A DNA stretch of 63,669 nt, counting the filler, from Welwitschia mirabilis (taxonomy: Eukaryota), in assembly GCA_051453625.1 (NCBI GenBank). It is 5 parts of one record of this genome, joined end to end, with 100 filler letters (N's around TTAATTAATTAA, not from the genome) between each part and the next. Parts side by side here need not be neighbours in the genome. Positions count along the whole stretch, not along the records: positions 36,161 to 59,949 come from JBOZIK010000001.1; positions 60,050 to 61,453 come from JBOZIK010000001.1; positions 61,554 to 63,669 come from JBOZIK010000001.1; 2 more parts are not named here. One strand, 5' to 3'. This document shows positions 53,519-63,669 of this stretch, one piece after another. The number at the start of each line of letters is the position of its first letter. Position 1 is the stretch's first letter. The notes beneath the pieces were generated by a model, which saw only the letters and a list, made by a program, of their open reading frames with translations, ran no database searches and was not told the DNA's origin. The position numbers and the translations under genes are program-made.

Positions 53519-56500
53519 TCCTCCCCCCTTGGGTCTGTTCCCTACCAAACTAAGTTTTTTGGTAACTTTTGATCTTAAGGGGCATTTTCACCCCCAGTCT
53601 ATCAGCAATACTATGTTNNNNNNNNNNNNNNNNNNNNNNNNNNNNNNNNNNNNNNNNNNNNNNNNNNNNNNNNNNNNNNNNNNNNNNNNNNNNNNNNNNN
53701 NNNNNNNNNNNNNNNNNAACTTTTGATCTTAAGAGGCATTTTCACCCCCAGTCTATCAGCAATACTATGTTTTTCTTTTTCTATGTTTCTGCTCTTCTAG
53801 ATAGGCAGTTCCGCCTAACTATGTCATTGAGGGGCGGTTCTGCCTCCATTTTGTTCTGTTTCTTAGTTCCCCCTTTACCTAGTGGACTACTTCTCTTTTT
53901 TCGAATAGTCTAATCATCATGTTATTCCTAGGCATTTTCATCCCCAGTGTACATTTTCTAGATTAATATATATACTTTTTTTAAAAAAATAATAAAGAAA
54001 AGAAACATAGTGAAGGATTGATAGAGATTAAGTTAAACTTAACAGAGGATAGACTTATTCATCCTACTCATGTCTTTCCATCCCTTCTAATTGCACTTTC
54101 ATGTATAACTCTAAATCACATCCTTCCTTCCACATTTACTTCGACATTATCTTGTAATCTTGATAATGATATCATCTCTTCACCTCTTTCATTTAAACAT
54201 TCATGTGATTATCAAAGCCACATCCCTTTCCTTGACTTTCATGAGACTAATAACTTTGAAAATTCTTATTTCTACTACNNNNNNNNNNNNNNNNNNNNNN
54301 NNNNNNNNNNNNNNNNNNNNNNNNNNNNNNNNNNNNNNNNNNNNNNNNNNNNNNNNNNNNNNNNNNNNNNNNNNNNNNNNNNNNNNNNNNNNNNNNNNNN
54401 NNNNNNNNNNNNNNNNNNNNNNNNNNNNNNNNNNNNNNNNNNNNNNNNNNNNNNNNNNNNNNNNNNNNNNNNNNNNNNNNNNNNNNNNNNNNNNNNNNNN
54501 NNNNNNNNNNNNNNNNNNNNNNNNNNNNNNNNNNNNNNNNNNNNNNNNNNNNNNNNNNNNNNNNNNNNNNNNNNNNNNNNNNNNNNNNNNNNNNNNNNNN
54601 NNNNNNNNNNNNNNNNNNNNNNNNNNNNNNNNNNNNNNNNNNNNNNNNNNNNNNNNNNNNNNNNNNNNNNNNNNNNNNNNNNNNNNNNNNNNNNNNNNNN
54701 NNNNNNNNNNNNNNNNNNNNNNNNNNNNNNNNNNNNNNNNNNNNNNNNNNNNNNNNNNNNNNNNNNNNNNNNNNNNNNNNNNNNNNNNNNNNNNNNNNNN
54801 NNNNNNNNNNNNNNNNNNNNNNNNNNNNNNNNNNNNNNNNNNNNNNNNNNNNNNNNNNNNNNNNNNNNNNNNNNNNNNNNNNNNNNNNNNNNNNNNNNNN
54901 AATTGGGGTAAATCTTATGTTCTTGATAATAATCTATGCTTAGAATTGAATCTTAAGAAGCTTCTTAACCTTATTAAACATTCTAAAAAGCCTTCAAAAA
55001 CTTCTTGGGTCCATTCTTTGGGTAGTTCCTTGAATGAATTATATAATGATACTCATGATTTATGACATTTCAATAAGAGATTATTTATAATGAAATATAT
55101 CACTTCTCGATCTCTTATTTGGATTCTGTAATTTGTGCTATCAAGTTTTTATCTTTTTACTCTCTTTTCCTCTAATTAGTTTTACTCTAAAACGATTGTA
55201 TATCTTTTATGTTTTATCAATTCGTTTCTATTTGGTTTGGCCATTATTTTTCTGAAAAGTATAATACTTGAGTGCATCTTTTACATAATTCATTAACCTC
55301 TAAATGATTAGGTTCTTATCTTTTCAATAAAGTGCATTCTAATGGGTTAGTTGAAANNNNNNNNNNNNNNNNNNNNNNGTTTTGTTTCTAAAACCTTCAA
55401 TATAAAACTATAAATACCCCTCTTTTCCTCACTCCCAATTCATCTTTTTGTACTACAAAGTCTTATAATAAAAGATTAAAGGATAAGAGGTTTATCCTAT
55501 GGTACAAAGAGAAGTCTTCCTTGGTGTTGAGCTATGTATCCTCCATTGAAGTGCTGCTACTTTGTAAGTGGATGTTAATTTAAGATTAATACAAAGACTA
55601 CTTCACTTTTATTATGTGCTTCTCCTTTATGATTTAAGTTTTTATGATTCTGTAATAGCTTTATAATTGATCTAGATCATAAGAACAAACTTTGTTAAGG
55701 TTGACACTCTAGTTTAGATCTTACATTTATTTCATATTACATTTCCATAATTACATATTTTGTATTATGTATTTTATAGCTTATATTGGTTAGGGTTAAG
55801 TGACAGTTTTCTTAATTAATCTAAGATATACAGACTGATCTTAGTGACAGGAAGATTGATAGTTAAATAGACTCATTATTCTTTGCATTTGCATTTCATC
55901 ATCATTCATCTTGTATTACATTTGCATTATTTCTTATTTTCATTTACTAAAAGGAAAAAGAATAAAAATACTTTGTTGAAATCAATTCTCTAACTTCTAA
56001 CCTTAGTGCCTTCAATAGATTATGACATTTAGGTTGACTCCTGTCTACACTAATGTGGGTTTTTTGTTTTTTCAAGCATTCGTGATCTATAGGTCTTGCT
56101 TAAGGACTTAAGGATTGCATAGCTTCACACCGCAATAATATTAATAACATAAAGTAACCCTTTGCTTTGGCATATTATCATTATTTACTATTCCTTTTTT
56201 TATTGTTAGCATTCTTTATTGAGGATAAACTATTAATTGGTCAAATAACAAGTGGGTAATTCATTTTTGTAAATAAGACTGAAAATGAAAAAGTCTCTAT
56301 TGGTGTTAATTGCTACTCTAAAGCATTATCTATTTTTATAATGTATTTTATCTTTTAAGGCCTTCTTACTAGCATAAGATTCATTAAGTGTATGTTTACT
56401 ATTTTTTAATTTATTGACTCCTAAAACACAAGGGTACTTAGTTTAAAATTGTTCAAAAATATTACACACCATGAAATATCTTATTAGTTGTAATAGCTTT

Positions 56501-57299
56501 TATTAAACTAGTTTTGATACATTCTCAAGATTGTCATTTCAAGATGGAATACATTTCCTCAACACTAACATACTCTTTGAGAGGTTACTACCTAGATTTA
56601 GTGATTTAGAAATGTTTTGGTTAGAGACTATTGCATAGCATAGTTGGTTAAACCATATTTATAAGTTGTTGAAAGCTTGAAAGTCATAAGATTTGGATCT
56701 TATGGTGTGAAAGTTAGATTGTAGTTTATATTCATGTATTCAATACACACATGGGATGGGATTTAATATCTTGAGTGTAAATCATAGGTGGGACCTAAAC
56801 ATATCATGGTTACCTCCTAAGATGAGAATGGAAACCCATGGGTTTTCGCTTAGTCAAGAATCATTAATCCTAGCAAATGTAGTATGATCTTCCATGAATC
56901 AACTTCCTTGGAGAAGGGGAAAAAGAACAATAAATATAATAATCCTTTTGTTGTCTTTTATGTTTCCATGATTATGATCTACTTATGTTGTAAGATAAGA
57001 TGTAATTAAAGTTTTTAAGTATTTAGTATTTCCTATGGTAGAAATTAACTTAGTACTGTAACTAATGGGACACTCATTCTTCATTCATAATGTTATGGAT
57101 TTAAAAGTGTAGATGATCTTCTTTGCATACCATGATGTCATAGGCATAATTAAATCATTCATTTGGATGATCATGGTGGTTCTACTTTAAGGGGAGGTTC
57201 AATTACTAAAGTTTAGAGTTTGACATACCTCCTAAGTATATATCATTTTTAAATATAAAATTTTAGAGTGAAAAATTAGCTAATTAATTTTTCTTAGTC

Positions 57300-58250
57300 T
57301 TGATAATATCTTATACGATAATTTACTTAAAGCTTTACACAAGACATTTAGCTTTTATTTTCTTAAATGTCATGGATAAAACATAATCCAAATTTATAAA
57401 GAATAGGTTAATTCATGTAGAGCTCATATTAGCAAATGAGGCTATGAAAGCAAATCACATACATAATATATAAAAGGCAACCATTTTTCTAAAAATGGAT
57501 GTAAAAAAAACCTTTAATTCTATTTTTAAATGAGAGGGGATTGAACCTCTAATTAATTTTACTAAATTTTCAATCAAACCCATCTATTATTTACTCAGTA
57601 TTAATGGGTAACATCATGAGTATTTCTAGTCCTCAACAAGACTTAGATAAAGGAATCCTCTTGTTTTTCTTCTTTTTGCCATAATTATGGAAACCCTTTT
57701 TTATTTACTATGAACAAATCAAAGTTTTATTATGTGCTCCATCATACCCATATTACAATTTATGAATGATACATTGCTATCTTTCTAATCCAACGTTATT
57801 GCTAGATCTAACATGAAATCCTGTAATGATAGTTCAATTATGATCTTTATGNNNNNNNNNNNNNNNNNNNNNNNNNNNNNNNNNNNNNNNNNNNNNNNNN
57901 NNNNNNNNNNNNNNNNNNNNNNNNNNNNNNNNNNNNNNNNNNNNNNNNNNNNNNNNNNNNNNNNNNNNNNNNNNNNNNNNNNNNNNNNNNNNNNNNNNNN
58001 NNNNNNNNNNATTAATTAGTCAAGCATTATAACAAATGGACAACATTATGAAAACTTAAAATTGTATAAATATCAACATTTTTATGTGGACTAGAATAAA
58101 TTAATTAATCCTAATAAGTTATGCATTGCAACTCCATCATGTTAATATTCCATTAAACTACTGATTCCATAGAGAAGATATGAAAACTTTACAACACTTA
58201 TTCTCTATTATAGTTTTCTTTTTTCAAAAAAATTTTGGCCAGTGGGAATA
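57300..58250 (+). pseudogene. Highly decayed LINE RT fragment
   Basis: Remnants Q..FI..R.I...LANE, KMDVKKTFNS, ING, and a GLRQGDPLS-like L.*.NPL..LLFAIIMETL near 57640-57700. Confidence 0.55.
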
Positions 58251-60049
58251 AATATCCAATATCCTTTAAAAAATCTAGGAACTAGTTATTTCATAGCCTT
58301 ATGAAGTATCTGGAAATTTAGGAATTTATTTGTATTTCAAAACCATTCATTTTCACTCTTGTTTTTCATCCAGTATTACCTAACCTTACTGTTAACTTTT
58401 CCCCTTCCAAGACCCTAACCCTTAGCCTTATTTTTATTCCCTTCCTTCCTTGAACCTCTTATTTAGCACTCTTAAAACCCTAGCACTCTTCCTTTATTCT
58501 TTAATTGACTTGCAACTATCCCTACCATTGTTAATCTCAACTTGTTAGTCTATTAATACATCACTAAACACTTTAGATTATGTTGTTAGGAGACCCATCG
58601 TTATGTCATCATTATGCTCCATCTTTGTAGCTTTGTTAAATCCCCACGTGCATATATTTTGCCATTGTGCTTCTCCTTTACATTTGCATCATGTTCGCAT
58701 CATGTTGCTGTCATGCTTCTACAATGCATCATTACTACATATTGCCTGCTTATAGTCACCACATCATTGCATTTTATAGTTATAGGCATATACTCTTCAT
58801 TTCAACATGCAAAGATCTCAAAGCATCAAACCTTTTCATCATAAAAACTTAACTAACAATAACCAGGCATGGGCATGGTTTGCAGCTACAGGTTATAGCG
58901 AGGTCAAGATTAGAGTGTCTTAAAGCAATTCATTAACAACTACAATGGAGAAAAATCTTGTATCTATGGCATAAAGTCTATGTTAATGAATCTGTTATAG
59001 TGGAAGCTACTAGTAGAGGACTATGAAATTAGGAAAGTTAGTAAGTTTAGATCCTAAAAATTAACTTATCATTTAATGAGTGTAATGCTTGAGAAAACAT
59101 GAGGCCACTTTTATAAGAATGATCTCCCAACGTCGTATAAGTAATCGTGTATTTTGATTCAAGAATACTTCACTCTAAAAAGAAATTTTGATGGTTTTAC
59201 AAAACCTCACCTCTATTTTTCTCTGTTAATGTTCAATTAGTTTCACACTTCTTCCTTTTTTTTTTGAATAACTCTCTTCAACGAGTAGTTCGGTAATGGG
59301 AAATCCATCATGAAGGCCTCACTTGGCTTTTATACAAATAAGATGCTTAGGCATGAGCTCGAATTTAGTCTCGAATAGGAATCTTAGAGGCACTCATGCA
59401 AAACACTTTGCTCTAGGAAGCATTTGAAGGAGGAGGTAATGACATACCAGCTGACAGAGGAGGCAATGATACACTTGAAAATCAAAGCAGTAAAAAACCA
59501 TGCTATGGGATCAAGAAAACTAACTTCTACAAGTCCAACCCATCTGCATTGTCCGATCAAAACCCATATTTCATATGGACCTCCCTTGTCTTTCTTATTT
59601 CCCTACCTCTATGCTTTGATTGATTGGAATTATCATGAGGGACTTTACAACAATTGATGTAAATGTTTTGGGTGAACCTTCATATGTAGCTTATTACTAA
59701 GTCTAGAAAGCCTATCAAGCTTAATCCCATCCTCCATCCTGCTCAGTCCCCTTCCATTTGAAATCGTTTCTGACATAATGCTCTTGAAATTTGATGTGAT
59801 GTTTTTATAATTTCAATAATCAAATTTTGTCTTTCCTCTTAAGGAAAGAATATCTAACACCAAACAAAGACCATGACATTAGCATAACATAGTGTATTAC
59901 ATGCTTATCACTAATATTATAATATAATCATATAAGAGGCTAAAAAAATNNNNNNNNNNNNNNNNNNNNNNNNNNNNNNNNNNNNNNNNNNNNTTAATTA
60001 ATTAANNNNNNNNNNNNNNNNNNNNNNNNNNNNNNNNNNNNNNNNNNNN

Positions 60050-61453
60050 TGTTGGTTATTCTTATTGAATTTAGAGTTAAGAGAAGGAGGAAGGTTTGGC
60101 TGATTAAGTATTTCAACATCATCTTCTTTAGGTACTTTCTTATCTTTATGAAAAGAAGTTAAGGGTTCATGAGGAGTAGCATCATGTCCACTTCTGGTAA
60201 CTACTTTCCAATCTCTATTCACATTATTCGGGTTTGGAATAGTTTGGATGGCAAGTGATCCTTGAAGCCTTTAATTCCTATAATGTTTTGTCAAAAGAGN
60301 NNNNNNNNNNNNNNNNNNNNNNNNNNNNNNNNNNNNNNNNNNNNNNNNNNNNNNNNNNNNNNNNNNNNNNNNNNNNNNNNNNNNNNNNNNNNNNNNNNNC
60401 TTTTCAATATCTATTCACATTATTCGAGTTTGGAATAATTTGGATGGCAAGTGATCCTTGCAGCCTTTAATTCCTATAATGTTTTGTCAAAAGGGGTCAA
60501 TAAAATTTTCTAATTTCTTATTATGGTTTTCTAGAATTTTATTAGTGGTATCCTATGTCTTTTTAAGTTCTTCCATCATTTCTCTACAAGAATCATCTGT
60601 ATTGTGGTTGGAAACATTGGGCTAAAAGTTATGAATTTTGAATTTATTGTTAAAAAAGGGTTTGAAAGACATTGAAGGACCATTATTTTGAGGTGGATAT
60701 TATTGATTTTTATTAAAGTTATTTGACCTCTTATTGAATTAATAAACTTCATTGAACATGGCCTCTCTACAAGTTGATAAAATTAGGCATTCTTTGATAG
60801 AGTGAGAGTTTTATTCATATATTTCATAATGGTTTGGTTGATTTAAAAATTTTGCATTAGGTGTAACTCTCCAAGGTACTATTAAGATCACTAAGTAGAG
60901 TGTTAACCTTTGATTATTCTTCTTCATGTTTCACTTTCTTCAAATCTCTAAGCATTTCACCTATAATTTTAGTGTCTTTATAGGTAGTTTTGGGTCAATT
61001 TTAACTTCTTTTCACAAGGTCTTCTAATAAGTTTCAAGCATAATCTAAGATTAAATTAAGTAAATTTCCACTGCATAAAAAATCTATCATTTGTTTGGTT
61101 TAACTATTCAAATCCATTATAAAAGTGATCAATAAGTTCTTCCTTTGAAATTAAATGACATGACTATCAAAAATCCTTCATATGTTGAGGAGTAATCTTC
61201 ATGATGGTATTGTTGAAAATTGATTACCTTCTTTTTTCTTGTCCTCATAACTATTTCATTCGTGAATCATTTGATAAAAACTTCTTAAACTTAGTTCCAA
61301 CTCTGAAAGCTTTTGTGTTTGATGTTTTTAAGCCAATTTTTCGCTTTTCCTCTACGAGTAAAGAGAAAGATGATCATGTAGGTTCTATCTAAATTCTTTT
61401 TCCTCGTTTTCTAAAGTAAGGATGAGCTATTCAATCTTAGCTATGTGTTGGAA
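60050..61453 (-). mobile_element. Athila-like gypsy gag pseudogene fragment
   Basis: KVVTRSG motif (ORF 59998-60222), N/Q-rich gag C-terminus and PQH...ITFYNGL-like remnant; isolated between two linker gaps. Confidence 0.6.
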
Positions 61454-61553
61454 NNNNNNNNNNNNNNNNNNNNNNNNNNNNNNNNNNNNNNNNNNNNTTA
61501 ATTAATTAANNNNNNNNNNNNNNNNNNNNNNNNNNNNNNNNNNNNNNNNNNNN

Positions 61554-62225
61554 CAGAATAGTATAATAGCTTTCAGAAGGTAAAGCAAGTTTGGTACAGT
61601 CAAACTTTAGCAATGCATTAAAAATCTTTTTCAATATGTGTGCATTCTTTACAATACAATAGAAAGATATTTAAGTAGAAGAAGAATGGCTAGGATTTTT
61701 TATCCTTGAAGCATGCGCTGGACGTCCAAAAAAGAGCCGTTGAAAAGTTGAAATCCACAGCTAACGTCTATAAACGGCTATATTTCCGCACCAATGTATA
61801 TAAGACCGGACGTCCCATCGAGGGAACTCACACATCCCGGTTTTAATCTGCTTTTCCCAGAAAATTAAATACAAGGTTGGAGGTCCCAATTTTACAAGGA
61901 AGACGTCCCAATATAAATTACCGTGTACAGGTCCAGATGTCCCCGTTTCACAAGGCAAACATCCTAGTACAATCGAACTGAATACAGAGTCGGATGTCTC
62001 AGTTTCACAGGGCAGACATCCCAATATAATCAGACAGAGTACAAAGCTGGACATCCCAGGTTCACAGGTCGGACGTTCAGACGTCCCGATTTCATGGGGC
62101 GGACGTCCCAATCTGATGAAGACTTGTTTTCTGACTTACGAGTTTGATTCTCATCATTGAAAATGCATGTTCTAACATGCAGTTCCATTTTGTTTCAGTA
62201 CTTTCTTGTTGTTAAATTTGTAACA
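61554..62225 (+). mobile_element. Probable LTR with GGACGTCCC repeat array, abutting a copia integrase
   Basis: TATATAAG at ~61797; about ten (G/A)GA(C/T)(G/A)TCCC motifs at 61718-62110; ends TGTAACA (62225) directly before integrase codons. Confidence 0.5.
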
Positions 62226-63669
62226 GTAAGCATTTAAAACAGCATAAATTAAAATTAATTCATTCTGATTTAGTTGGCCCCATTGAATAGACCTCTTTGG
62301 GAGGTGTTGTATATTTTATTACTTCCGTTGACAGCTATACCCTTTAAAAACAAAAGATGAAGCTTTTTAGGCATTTAGAATTTTTAAGGCCAGAGTTGAC
62401 AATGAAACTAGCTATAAAATTAAAGAATTAATAACAGATAATGGAAGTGAGTTTACTTCCAAGGAGTGCGAGAATTTTTGTAAGGAAGCTAGAATTATTC
62501 ATCACCGAATAGTGCCTAGAACTCCACAACAAAATGGAGTGGCTGAAAGGCAAAACAGGACCATTTTGGAAAAAGTGAGAGCTATTCTTACACATTCTAT
62601 TGCCCTAACAATTTTGGGCTAAAGTTGCAAGTATAATTGCATATTTGTTGAACGGGTGCCCACATAATGGAATTGATGAACTGGTACCAGAATGTTGATG
62701 GACCGAGAGTTCTGTTTCTTACTCTCACCTTAGGATGATTGAATGTGAACCCTATGCTCATCAACAGAGTGCTTCAAANNNNNNNNNNNNNNNNNNNNNN
62801 NNNNNNNNNNNNNNNNNNNNNNNNNNNNNNNNNNNNNNNNNNNNNNNNNNNNNNNNNNNNNNNNNNNNNNNNNNNNNNNNNNNNNNNNNNNNNNNNNNNN
62901 NNNNNNNNNNNNNNNNNNNNNNNNNNNNNNNNNNNNNNNNNNNNNNNNNNNNNNNNNNNNNNNNNNNNNNNNNNNNNNNNNNNNNNNNNNNNNNNNNNNN
63001 NNNNNNNNNNNNNNNNNNNNNNNNNNNNNNNNNNNNNNNNNNNNNNNNNNNNNNNNNNNNNNNNNNNNNNNNNNNNNNNNNNNNNNNNNNNNNNNNNNNN
63101 NNNNNNNNNNNNNNNNNNNNNNNNNNNNNNNNNNNNNNNNNNNNNNNNNNNNNNNNNNNNNNNNNNNNNNNNNNNNNNNNNNNNNNNNNNNNNNNNNNNN
63201 NNNNNNNNNNNNNNNNNNNNNNNNNNNNNNNNNNNNNNNNNNNNNNNNNNNNNNNNNNNNNNNNNNNNNNNNNNNNNNNNNNNNNNNNNNNNNNNNNNNN
63301 NNNNNNNNNNNNNNNNNNNNNNNNNNNNNNNNNNNNNNNNNNNNNNNNNNNNNNNNNNNNNNNNNNNNNNNNNNNNNNNNNNNNNNNNNNNNNNNNNNNN
63401 NNNNNNNNNNNNNNNNNNNNNNNNNNNNNNNNNNNNNNNNNGTATTGATTTCAATGAAATTTTCTCTCCTGTTATTAAATATACCTCCATTCGTATCATT
63501 TTAGCTATGGTGGCTTGCATGGATTTAGAATGGGAAATACTGGATATTAAATCTGTGTTCTTTCATGGTGATTTGCAAGAAGAAATTTATATGGAAAAGC
63601 CAAAAGGTTTTGGGAATAGCAAGAACTGGGTATGAAGGTTGAAGAGAAGTTTATGTGGCCTAAAATAGT
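62226..63669 (+). mobile_element. Ty1/copia pol pseudogene (integrase and start of RT), running off the window
   Basis: IHSDLVGP, ITDNGSEF, RTPQQNGVAERQNRTILEKVR; IDFNEIFSPVIKYTSIR...DIKSVFFHGDLQEEIYM. Confidence 0.93.

Larger units (their letters stand above)
44218..53987 (+). mobile_element. Near full-length L1-clade LINE with extra 3' coding region (internally duplicated in this assembly)
   Basis: TSD AATAATGAAGGAAAGA (44202-44217) / AATAATAAAGAAAAGA (53988-54003), 14/16; short A tail; ORF1, APE, RT and zf-RVT in order. Confidence 0.85.
40620..56137 (+). mobile_element. Athila-like, apparently non-autonomous LTR element hosting a Sirevirus solo LTR and a LINE
   Basis: 5' LTR (~40620-40856 plus 42141-42713) and 3' LTR (~55340-56137) align over ~750 bp. 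PBS TGACATCATTACTAGGAA at 42717-42734. The true 5' boundary may lie further upstream. Confidence 0.8.

Noticed and set aside
56630-56930. A-box-like TAGCATAGTTGGTTAAA start of a possible SINE or tRNA
   Set aside because: No credible B-box, cloverleaf or TSD.

Overview
AT-rich, gap-riddled plant (angiosperm-like) nuclear scaffold; the species cannot be determined from sequence alone. About 85% is a nest of old retroelements heavily mutated C>T/G>A: several Athila/Tat-like Ty3/gypsy elements, one full-length Ty1/copia with both LTRs and a TSD (21008-28344), Sirevirus-type solo LTRs, LINE fragments and a near-complete L1-type LINE bounded by a TSD (44218-53987). No intact protein-coding host gene is recognisable. 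A TE-poor island (~8.9-17.8 kb) holds minus-strand units that look spliced and non-coding, including a diverged tandem duplicate, plus two MITEs, a truncated TRIM and a SINE. The most striking observation is that the LINE carries extra coding sequence after its RT/zf-RVT region: an LTR-retrotransposon-type accessory domain, an S/P/Q-rich linker and a C-terminal DnaJ/Hsp40 J-domain (53297-53479). The ORF track misses the J-domain because C>T-derived stops break the frame. All similarity calls are by-eye motif recognition; no database searches were run. Four TTAATTAATTAA gap linkers and sequence repeated across 100-N gaps are assembly artefacts.
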